In this document: piece after piece, positions 21,942 through 30,317 of the stretch
Layout of the letters: each line of letters opens with the position of its first letter
Numbering within the stretch: position 1 is the first letter of the stretch
Assembly (NCBI GenBank): GCA_029256085.1
Contig: JAQSYP010000003.1
Span: 3,891-67,890, forward strand
Reading direction: 5' to 3'
Source: Bacillales bacterium
GTDB lineage: Bacteria; Bacillota; Bacilli; CAJFEE01
DNA: 64,000 nt
Notes under the pieces: generated by a model
Database searches by the model: none
What the model saw: only the letters and a program-made list of their open reading frames with translations
What the model was told of the DNA's origin: nothing
Translations under genes and position numbers: made by a program

Positions 21942-23171
21942 ATGAAATTTTTCAATGTTCATACAGTTGAAGAAGTATTTAACTTAATCGACGATAAAAT
22001 CAAACCTATAGAATATACTGAAAAAGTTCTAATTAGCAACGCATTAAACCGAATATTATCAGTAGATATTTACTCTAATGAAAATGTTCCTAACTTTAGA
22101 CGTTCTACTGTAGATGGTTATGCTGTAAAAGCAGATGATACCTTTGGATCAAGCGAGTCAATGCCTGGTTTTCTTAACTTAATCGGTGAAATTAAGATGG
22201 GTGAGGAACCTTCTAGTGAAGTTAATTACGGAGAGGCAATGTATGTTCCAACAGGAGGAATGGTTCCTGACGGTGCTACTTCAGTAGTGATGATTGAACA
22301 CTGCGAAGAAATTGAATCACTTTTGAATGTTTATAGACAAGTTGCCCCGAATGAAAACATAATTCAGGTAGGGGAAGATATAAAAGTTAATGAACTTGTA
22401 CTGTCAAAAGGGAAGAAACTCCGAGCTCAAGAGCTTGGTGCGCTTTCTGCCTTAGGTATACTAGAAGTTGAAGTTTATAAGAAGATAAAAGTCGGCTATA
22501 TTTCAACTGGTGATGAGATAGTTACACCTGACACCATTAAATTAGAAATGGGTAAGGTTAGAGATGTTAATGCAATTACTCTCAACTCTATTTGTAAGCA
22601 AATGGATATTGATTTTATTTACGGAGGTATTGTTAAAGATAGTGAAGATGAGCTTTACAGAGTTACATCGAATTTATTAGCAGAAGTTGATTGCCTAATA
22701 CTTTCAGGTGGTAGTTCAGTTGGAACTAAAGACTACTCTGTAGATGTTATAAATAAATTAGGCAAACCAGGGGTATTTACCCATGGGATTTCTGTAAAAC
22801 CAGGCAAACCGACGATATTATCTATCGCAAATGACAAGCCTGTTATTGGATTACCGGGCCATCCTGTTTCTGCTTTAATAATATTTAAAGTGTTTGGAAC
22901 TACTATCCTTAATAAATATTCTGGTAACCGTAGTAGCTTATTTATTAATAAGATAACAGCTAAACTTACGAAAAATATCCCTTCAGCTGCTGGTAGGGCA
23001 GACTATATAAGAGTTAGCCTAGAAAAAACGGAAACTGGCTGGGATGCGACTCCTATTTTTGGGAAGTCAGGATTAATATCAACTTTAGTATCAAGTGAAG
23101 GTATTGCTGAAATTCCATCGGCTAAAGAAGGGGTTTTAGCTGGAGAATTAATAGAAGTAATACTTTTCTAA
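21942..23171 (+). CDS. moeA: Molybdopterin molybdo/tungsto-transferase MoeA
   Basis: RSTVDGYAV, STGDE, SGGSSVG, KPGKP, GLPGHPVS. Confidence 0.92.
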   Translation: MKFFNVHTVEEVFNLIDDKIKPIEYTEKVLISNALNRILSVDIYSNENVPNFRRSTVDGYAVKADDTFGSSESMPGFLNLIGEIKMGEEPSSEVNYGEAMYVPTGGMVPDGATSVVMIEHCEEIESLLNVYRQVAPNENIIQVGEDIKVNELVLSKGKKLRAQELGALSALGILEVEVYKKIKVGYISTGDEIVTPDTIKLEMGKVRDVNAITLNSICKQMDIDFIYGGIVKDSEDELYRVTSNLLAEVDCLILSGGSSVGTKDYSVDVINKLGKPGVFTHGISVKPGKPTILSIANDKPVIGLPGHPVSALIIFKVFGTTILNKYSGNRSSLFINKITAKLTKNIPSAAGRADYIRVSLEKTETGWDATPIFGKSGLISTLVSSEGIAEIPSAKEGVLAGELIEVILF

Positions 23172-23189
23172 CGGGTGTGTGATGCAAAT

Positions 23190-25106
23190 ATGATAAAAAA
23201 TAAATATGAACGTAAAATTTATCTATCAGATATTCCTAGGGAAAAGGCTCTTGAGCAAATATTATCACAATATAAACCGAAACTTAGGACAGTAACTAAA
23301 AATGCGACTGAGTCGATAGGAAACGTAACAGCCGAACCAATTTATGCAAAGAGATCTGTACCACATTATCATGCATCTGCAATGGACGGTATAGCGGTTA
23401 TAGCAGAAAGAACATTTGAAGCTAATGACAATAATCCTTTGCGCTTAATAAAAGGTGAAGACTACTGCATAGTAGATACTGGTAATGAAATAAAGTCTCC
23501 ATATGATTCAGTAATAATGATTGAAAATGTACAAGAGATTGATGAAAATATAGTAGAAATAATAGAACCAGCTACCCCATGGCAACATATTAGACCGATC
23601 GGTGAAGATATGGTCCAAGGTGAAATGCTATTTACGCAAGGTCATAAAATCAGACCAGTGGATCTTGGGGTACTTCTTTCAAGTGGCAATCAATCTGTAA
23701 AGGTTGTTATGCCTCCTAAAGTCACAATAATACCTACTGGTAATGAGCTAGTTTATCCTAGTGAAACAATTGAACCTGGAAAGATTGTTGAATTTAATGG
23801 ATCTGTTATGGCTGCATTCGTATCAGAGTGGGGCGGGCAACCTTTATTACACGAAATAGTAAAAGATAGTCCAGATTCAATTAAAGAAGCGCTTATAAAT
23901 GCTTCGAGGGATTCTGATGTAGTTATAATTAACGCAGGATCGTCTGCTGGATCAAAAGATTATACAGTTCATATAATCTCTGAAATTGGGAAAGTATTTA
24001 CACATGGCGTTGCAACTAGACCAGGAAAACCTGTTATCCTAGGAGAAATTAACGGAACAATAGTAGTTGGATTACCAGGATATCCAGTTTCAGCATATTT
24101 AGCATTGGAATGGTTTATAAAACCGTTAATAAATAAATATAACAATAATAACCATTGTAATAGGCATAAAATTAGTGCTAAACTTGGTCGTAGAATTGTG
24201 TCTACAATGGGTTCAGAAGATTTTGTACGTGTGACTTTAGGGAATATTAATGGAGAGCTAATTGCTAATCCATTGACTAGAGCTGCAGGAGTTACAATGT
24301 CGCTAGTGAAAGCAGATGGTTTACTTGTTGTTCCATCTAACGTCGTTGGTTTTGAACAAGGTGATTATGTTGAAATTGAACTTTATAAATCTATTGAAGA
24401 TATAGAAAAGTCAATAACTATAACAGGTAGTCATGATCTTGCCATAGATATATTGCACTCAATTCTAAAAAATACTAATACTGAGCAGACAATTACATCT
24501 ACTCACGTCGGAAGTATGGCAGGAATAATGGCAATTAAAAAAGGCGAGGCTCATATCGCTGGAATTCATCTGTTAGATCCAGAAACAAAAACGTATAATA
24601 TTCCTTACGTAAAAAAGCATCTAAAAGATAATAATATTGTTATATTGCCTTTTGTAAAAAGAATGCAAGGATGGATTACATCTAGTAATAATTTAAATGA
24701 ATATAGAAATGTTTCTGACCTTGTAAAAAACAAAATACCGTTTGTAAATAGACAAAAAGGTGCAGGAACTAGGATTCTCTTTGACTTGATACTAAGAGAC
24801 AATAACATTAAGCCATCTGAGATTCTTGGATATAATCGTGAGATGTTTACGCATCTAAGTGTTGCTGCAGAAGTTGCACAAACAAATAGTGTAGGACTTG
24901 GAATAGCTCCAGCTGCAGAAGCCATGGGATGTAGTTTCATACCAGTAGCTGAAGAATCATATGATTTACTTATGACTAAGGAATTTTTTGAAAGTCATTC
25001 TGGACAAACGTTATATAAAATCATAACTAGTTTAGAATTCAAACAAGAGGTTGAAAAAATTTCAGGTTATAAGGTTGATACTAATATAGAACCAATTTAT
25101 ATTTAA
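23190..25106 (+). CDS. MoeA fused to C-terminal PBP/LysR-type oxyanion-binding domain
   Basis: [29 protein letters not shown], then [20 protein letters not shown] domain. Confidence 0.88.
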   Translation: MIKNKYERKIYLSDIPREKALEQILSQYKPKLRTVTKNATESIGNVTAEPIYAKRSVPHYHASAMDGIAVIAERTFEANDNNPLRLIKGEDYCIVDTGNEIKSPYDSVIMIENVQEIDENIVEIIEPATPWQHIRPIGEDMVQGEMLFTQGHKIRPVDLGVLLSSGNQSVKVVMPPKVTIIPTGNELVYPSETIEPGKIVEFNGSVMAAFVSEWGGQPLLHEIVKDSPDSIKEALINASRDSDVVIINAGSSAGSKDYTVHIISEIGKVFTHGVATRPGKPVILGEINGTIVVGLPGYPVSAYLALEWFIKPLINKYNNNNHCNRHKISAKLGRRIVSTMGSEDFVRVTLGNINGELIANPLTRAAGVTMSLVKADGLLVVPSNVVGFEQGDYVEIELYKSIEDIEKSITITGSHDLAIDILHSILKNTNTEQTITSTHVGSMAGIMAIKKGEAHIAGIHLLDPETKTYNIPYVKKHLKDNNIVILPFVKRMQGWITSSNNLNEYRNVSDLVKNKIPFVNRQKGAGTRILFDLILRDNNIKPSEILGYNREMFTHLSVAAEVAQTNSVGLGIAPAAEAMGCSFIPVAEESYDLLMTKEFFESHSGQTLYKIITSLEFKQEVEKISGYKVDTNIEPIYI

Positions 25107-25128
25107 AGAGAAAAAGGGGGACGTTTTA

Positions 25129-25326
25129 ATGTTCAACAATATCGGTGTACCAGGGCTTATTTTAATTTTATTCTTAGTACTAATAATTTTTGGTCCAAAA
25201 AAGCTTCCTGAAATTGGTAGAGCTTTTGGGCAAACATTAAAAGAGTTTAAGAAATCTACTAATGAATTAACAAAAGACATTACAGAAGAAGTAGCAGAAG
25301 TTAAAGACGAGATTAAAAAATTATAA
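25129..25326 (+). CDS. tatA: Twin-arginine translocase TatA
   Basis: [33 protein letters not shown]. Confidence 0.95.
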   Translation: MFNNIGVPGLILILFLVLIIFGPKKLPEIGRAFGQTLKEFKKSTNELTKDITEEVAEVKDEIKKL

Positions 25327-25421
25327 TTTAAAAATTAAAAGACGAATCTTATATGATTCGCTTTTTCTTTTTGGGCAAAAATATTAAAATTAAGATTATA
25401 CAATATCTTACGAGGTGAGAA

Positions 25422-26840
25422 ATGAATAACCTTTTACGTCAATTGCCACCAATTCATGAGTTACAAAGAAACGATGCATACGAAATATTAAAGAATAAGC
25501 TCAAAGTTGGTGATGAACTAATAACGAATATATTAAAAATAGAAGTCGATGATCTAAGAAAGTTAATCCTTTCGAAAGGGAATTTAGATATTGATAATAT
25601 TGAAAAATATCTATTTGAAAAAGTTAAACACCATTTAAGTAGACTACTACAACCAAGATTAAAAAGAGTAATAAATGCAAGTGGAACAGTCTTACATACA
25701 AATTTAGGTCGATCAAGATTAAGTGACGACGCTATTACAAGAGTTGTTGAAGTAGCTAGAAATTATTCAAACCTTGAATATAATTTAGCTGAGGGTAAGC
25801 GTGGCTCCCGTCATTCAATAATTGAAGAATGGGTTAAATTAGCAACAGGTGCTGAGGCAGCTATGGTAGTAAATAATAATGCAGCAGCCGTTTACCTAAT
25901 TCTTAGAGCACTCGCTAAAGACAAAGAAGTTATTGTTTCGAGGGGGCAATTAGTCGAAATAGGTGGTTCATTTAGAGTTTCATCAATTATGGAGGAAAGT
26001 GGAGCCAAACTGAAAGAGATAGGCACAACTAATAAAACTCATATTAGCGACTATGAAGCTGCTATAACTGAAAATACAGCAATGCTATTAAAAGTACATA
26101 CTTCAAACTTTAAAATTATTGGATTTACAAAAACTGTAGAGTCCGATGAGTTAGTTCAGTTAAGTAATAAACACGACAATGTCATTGTCTATGAAGATTT
26201 AGGCAGTGGTGTTTTATATGACTATAAGAAAGATTGCATTGGGGATGAACCTCTAGTTAAAAGTGTATTAGATCAAGGTGTTGATATTGTTTCTTTTAGT
26301 GGAGATAAACTTCTTGGTGGACCTCAAGCAGGAATAATTGCGGGTAAAAAGCATCTAATTGAAAAACTAAAGAAAAATCAACTAGCACGAGTTCTTAGGG
26401 TTGATAAAATGACCTTAGCTGCATTAGAGGCAACAATATCCGCCTATGTTAGAGGAAATGAATATGCTAAAAGTATTCCAACCGTTAGGAATCTAGTTGA
26501 AACAAAGGATGTTGTTCATCAAAAGGCAATGATGATGGTTGATAAATTAGAATCTACTTCTAGAGGTTATTCTACACGTATCATAGAAGATGTTTCTGAA
26601 ATAGGTGGAGGTACTATGCCTGGTACAACTATCCCAACTTATGTTGTAGAGGTAAAGCATGATGTGGTTTCTACATCATTAATAGATAAAAAACTACATG
26701 AAAATGAAGTAAGTATTATTGGAAGAATCCAAAATGATAAAATCATATTCGATTTACGTACGGTAGAAATTGATGAGATACAAACGATTATAAATGCATT
26801 AATAAAACTTGAGGAACAATATGATTTATCCAGAAAATGA
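25422..26840 (+). CDS. selA: L-seryl-tRNA(Sec) selenium transferase
   Basis: INASGTVLHTNLGR, VNNNAAA, SRGQLVEIGGSFR, GTTNKTH, FSGDKLLGGPQAG. Confidence 0.96.
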   Translation: MNNLLRQLPPIHELQRNDAYEILKNKLKVGDELITNILKIEVDDLRKLILSKGNLDIDNIEKYLFEKVKHHLSRLLQPRLKRVINASGTVLHTNLGRSRLSDDAITRVVEVARNYSNLEYNLAEGKRGSRHSIIEEWVKLATGAEAAMVVNNNAAAVYLILRALAKDKEVIVSRGQLVEIGGSFRVSSIMEESGAKLKEIGTTNKTHISDYEAAITENTAMLLKVHTSNFKIIGFTKTVESDELVQLSNKHDNVIVYEDLGSGVLYDYKKDCIGDEPLVKSVLDQGVDIVSFSGDKLLGGPQAGIIAGKKHLIEKLKKNQLARVLRVDKMTLAALEATISAYVRGNEYAKSIPTVRNLVETKDVVHQKAMMMVDKLESTSRGYSTRIIEDVSEIGGGTMPGTTIPTYVVEVKHDVVSTSLIDKKLHENEVSIIGRIQNDKIIFDLRTVEIDEIQTIINALIKLEEQYDLSRK

Positions 26841-27480
26841 TTGGAAACAACTTATTAAAAGAGAAAATGTTAAAGGATACTTTCAAGATTTAATTAAAGT
26901 TATTGACCAGCAATATAAAGAATTTACTGTGTACCCAAAGCAAGAAAATATTTTTAATGCTCTGATTCAAACGTCTCTAGAGGATGTAAAAGTTGTTATT
27001 TTAGGACAAGATCCTTATCACAATATTAATCAGGCAAATGGTCTTGCCTTTTCAGTGAATTCAGATGAGAAAATACCCCCATCACTTAGAAATATTTTGA
27101 AAGAAGTTAAAGAAGATAACGGAAATTCTATTCTTTCTTGCGGTGATTTAACTCAATGGTCTAAACAGGGAGTATTATTGTTAAATGCAGCTTTAACAGT
27201 GAGAGAAGGGGAACCAGAATCTCATAAAAAAATTGGATGGGAAATATTCACAGATGAAGTTATACGTGAAGTTAACAATAAGACACAACCTGTAGTTTTC
27301 ATGCTTTGGGGTAGACATGCAGCAAAGAAAGAGGTACTAATAACAAATGTAAATCATCTAGTACTGAAAGCAGCTCATCCAAGCCCTTTATCGGCAAATA
27401 GAGGTTTTTTTGGATGTAAACACTTTTCCGCCTGCAATAAATTTTTAAATAGGAATGAATTAACTGAAATAAATTGGTAA
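26821..27480 (+). CDS. ung: Uracil-DNA glycosylase
   Basis: GQDPYH, PPSL.NI, GVLLLN, HPSPLSA; start ATG 26821 after GAGGA, overlapping selA end. Confidence 0.95.
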   Translation: MIYPENDWKQLIKRENVKGYFQDLIKVIDQQYKEFTVYPKQENIFNALIQTSLEDVKVVILGQDPYHNINQANGLAFSVNSDEKIPPSLRNILKEVKEDNGNSILSCGDLTQWSKQGVLLLNAALTVREGEPESHKKIGWEIFTDEVIREVNNKTQPVVFMLWGRHAAKKEVLITNVNHLVLKAAHPSPLSANRGFFGCKHFSACNKFLNRNELTEINW

Positions 27481-27575
27481 ACCTAACAATGTATAAGGGA
27501 TAACATGAATCATATTATCCATATTATTAAAATGCATACATAAAGTATGGATTTTACTCTTAAAGGAGGTAAAAT

Positions 27576-28055
27576 ATGAAAAAGTGGTTTGAAGAGAATA
27601 TGATTGCGAGTATTCTTTTGGCAATCCTACGTATATACTTAGGTTTTTCATGGTTAAGTTCAGGATGGTCAAAGGCAACTGGTGAAGGGTTTACAGCTGA
27701 AGGGTTCTTAAAAGGAGCACTTGGACAAACTACGGGTGATCATCCAAGCGTATTACCGTTTTGGGGTGGATTTCTGGAAAACGTGGCACTACCAAATGTC
27801 GGGCTTTTCAATTTCTTAGTAGTTTACGGTGAAATAGCAATTGGAATTGCCCTAATTATTGGTTTATTTACTAGAACAGCTTTAATATTTAGTTTGATTA
27901 TGAATTTCTCATTTATGTTCAGTGGTTCAACCGGTGTTAATCCATATTACGTACTATATGCACTAATTTTATTAATAGGTGGTAGAAATACGGGTAAATA
28001 TGGTGTTGATGGTCTTATTATTGCTAAAAGGTTTGGTAATAGAGCAAGAATGTGA
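27576..28055 (+). CDS. DoxX/DoxD family membrane protein
   Basis: LRIYLG..WL.SG..K, GE..IG..LI.GLFTR, M.F.FM..GS...NP, YGVDG. Confidence 0.82.
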   Translation: MKKWFEENMIASILLAILRIYLGFSWLSSGWSKATGEGFTAEGFLKGALGQTTGDHPSVLPFWGGFLENVALPNVGLFNFLVVYGEIAIGIALIIGLFTRTALIFSLIMNFSFMFSGSTGVNPYYVLYALILLIGGRNTGKYGVDGLIIAKRFGNRARM

Positions 28056-28060
28056 TATAA

Positions 28061-28098
28061 ATAAACTAGAGCTAGCAAAATGCTGGCTCTAGTTTTAT
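28061..28098. terminator. Bidirectional terminator between doxX and rhodanese
   Basis: TAAACTAGAGCTAGCA-AAA-TGCTGGCTCTAGTTTTA. Confidence 0.7.
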
Positions 28099-28107
28099 GA
28101 TTAAGAT

Positions 28108-28485
28108 TTATTTAACAACTTCATAATTCCAAGACTGCATTCCACCTTCTACATTATATACAGTCTTAAATCCATTGTTTATAAGAATATCACTTGCACT
28201 TTGTGAACGATTACCACTTCTGCATATTACGAGAATTTCTTTTTCTTTATCTAATTCTCCTAATTGTGCTTCTAAAGTCTGAAGTGGAAATAGCTTCGCT
28301 TCAGGTATATGACCTGAATTATATTCTTCTATTGTTCTTACATCAATTAGAACTACTTCATCTGGATTAGAACCTAGCATGTTTTTCGCTTCCTCAGTTG
28401 TGACATTTTTCCAACCAGAACTACTACAACCACTGATAAATACTGAGATTAAAACAAAGAAAATAATTTTACTAAAAAATTTCAT
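28108..28485 (-). CDS. Rhodanese-domain lipoprotein (sulfurtransferase)
   Basis: Lipobox ISGC; IDVR..EEY..GHIP; catalytic loop CRSGNRS; GG..W. Confidence 0.88.
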   Translation of the reverse strand: MKFFSKIIFFVLISVFISGCSSSGWKNVTTEEAKNMLGSNPDEVVLIDVRTIEEYNSGHIPEAKLFPLQTLEAQLGELDKEKEILVICRSGNRSQSASDILINNGFKTVYNVEGGMQSWNYEVVK

Positions 28486-28504
28486 ATTTAGTCACCTCGT
28501 AAGT

Positions 28505-28520
28505 ATACCCTTTAGGGTAT
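28505..28520. promoter_or_regulatory. CsoR/CstR-family operator upstream of rhodanese
   Basis: ATACCC-TTTA-GGGTAT palindrome 20 bp upstream of the start codon. Confidence 0.7.
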
Positions 28521-28720
28521 TATATATATATAAATTATAAGTTAACATAAGTAAGGGTACAATTATAATTTAGAAGTTTTGTAACAAAAATCTAGCATTT
28601 TGAACAATTTGTGAAAAAAGTATCGAGAATTTATCGATTTATCTCCAGTACACAGAATGTTCAAACCTGAGCATATGAACTTTAATAGTTTCCTATTATA
28701 TTTATAGTAAGAACCTATTA

Positions 28721-28734
28721 TGTAAGCGTTTATA
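28721..28734. promoter_or_regulatory. Putative CcpA cre site upstream of ccm cluster
   Basis: TGTAAGCGTTTATA vs cre consensus (1 mismatch). Confidence 0.5.
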
Positions 28735-28781
28735 TGCGGCTTGAAATTAACATGTCAGATATTTTTTAAGGGGTTGAATCA

Positions 28782-29804
28782 ATGTTTAAGAAATTAATAG
28801 CTACAGTAACGACTATGATATTAGTTCTATCACCTTTTACATTAGTAGCTAACGCAGAAACTAATACGGTGGATCTTCAGAAATTCCCGTACAAATCAGT
28901 TGCAATCCAGGTTATGCCAGAATATGATTATCCACAAAATTATCCAACGGATCAGCCAGTTGTGTTAGTGGGGTACTATGGTACGATGACTAATAAAACC
29001 GGAAGTGATTACAATGGAGAAATCGCTATTCCACTTCCAGTAAACGAAAAATATTTTCAAATATATATAGCTGCAGAATTCCCAGAGGAAAATAAGCCTG
29101 AAGTTCAGAGACCTTATAAGATCGATAAAGAAAAAGGTCTTATAACTTGGAAACCTTCTAATCCTATTAAAAAGGATGCAGATTATAAGTTTGTAGTAGA
29201 ATATTATTCGAATCCGATAGAAGTTGGAGATTCTAAGAAGTTTCCATTTGTATATACTGCACCTGCAAATGTAGATGCAATCGATATTCTGTTCTTTGCT
29301 CCGGCAAAATCAACAGATTTCAAAACAGATATTCCAGCAACAACAGTTTCTAAGACTGACTATAATGAAACACTTCTTGCATACCAGTATAAAAACCTAA
29401 AGGCTGGAGAGAAGAAAGCTTTTAACGTTTCTTATGTAAAAAAGGACAACTCTTCAACACTATCGAATATTAAACAGAACCCACCTGAAGCGAATCAATC
29501 AGGGTCAAATACTACAACTACAGAAAGTAGACCTATAATTGACGCTGTAGGGGCTTCGATAATTGGTGGATCTTTAATAATAATGGGATTTTTCATTTTC
29601 TTAGGATATAAACAAAAAGGTTCAACACCACCTTCTAAGAGTAATGTAAAGCACAAGAACAGTTCAACAAAGCAGCAACAGTCGGCACCAAAGAAAAATA
29701 ATAGCGTGTCAGTAATGGATGAGAAGAAAAAGCTTAGAAAAATGTTGCTTAATGGCGAGATAGATCAAGAAACTTACGAACTTAAACTATCAAAATTAGA
29801 ATAA
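28782..29804 (+). CDS. Uncharacterised exported membrane-anchored protein with C-terminal SHOCT-like tail (first gene of ccm cluster)
   Basis: Signal peptide (ANA-E), beta-rich domain, one TM, tail LRKMLLNGEIDQETYELK. Confidence 0.8.
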   Translation: MFKKLIATVTTMILVLSPFTLVANAETNTVDLQKFPYKSVAIQVMPEYDYPQNYPTDQPVVLVGYYGTMTNKTGSDYNGEIAIPLPVNEKYFQIYIAAEFPEENKPEVQRPYKIDKEKGLITWKPSNPIKKDADYKFVVEYYSNPIEVGDSKKFPFVYTAPANVDAIDILFFAPAKSTDFKTDIPATTVSKTDYNETLLAYQYKNLKAGEKKAFNVSYVKKDNSSTLSNIKQNPPEANQSGSNTTTTESRPIIDAVGASIIGGSLIIMGFFIFLGYKQKGSTPPSKSNVKHKNSSTKQQQSAPKKNNSVSVMDEKKKLRKMLLNGEIDQETYELKLSKLE

Positions 29805-29819
29805 TAGGGGGAAAATAAG

Positions 29820-30284
29820 ATGAGTAAAAATGCAAAAATGATTGGTGGATCTCTAGTAATTGCAGTTGCGATTTTATTCCTATTAATTGCGGCAACACCA
29901 GGTTCAAGTGGAGTAGAGCTTAAATTAGCTGAACTACTAAAAGATCAACAAGAGTACACAGATGATTATGTAACTGTTGAAGGATTATTAATCGAGGATT
30001 CTATTAAATGGGATGCAGATAAAATCCAACTTAAATTTGACGTTCAAGATGAGAACGGTAAGAAGTTAAGTGTAATATATAACGGTGTTAAACCTGATAA
30101 TTTTTCTGAAGGTGTAATTACAATTTTACAAGGTAGTCCTGACGAGGAAAAAGCTGGTTTATTCCATGCAGAAACTGTAAAAACAAGATGTCCTTCAAAA
30201 TATGAAGGTGAGGACATGAAGAACTACGATCCAGAAGCTCACAAAGATAAGTTAAATAAAAAATCAGAAGAAGAGACAAAATAA
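29820..30284 (+). CDS. ccmE: Heme chaperone CcmE, Cys variant
   Basis: N-terminal TM, V.Y.G.KPD.F.EG, heme-binding motif KTRCPSKY (CxxxY rather than HxxxY). Confidence 0.9.
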   Translation: MSKNAKMIGGSLVIAVAILFLLIAATPGSSGVELKLAELLKDQQEYTDDYVTVEGLLIEDSIKWDADKIQLKFDVQDENGKKLSVIYNGVKPDNFSEGVITILQGSPDEEKAGLFHAETVKTRCPSKYEGEDMKNYDPEAHKDKLNKKSEEETK

Positions 30285-30317
30285 AACTAAACTAGTAAAT
30301 TGAAAGGTGAAAACCAA

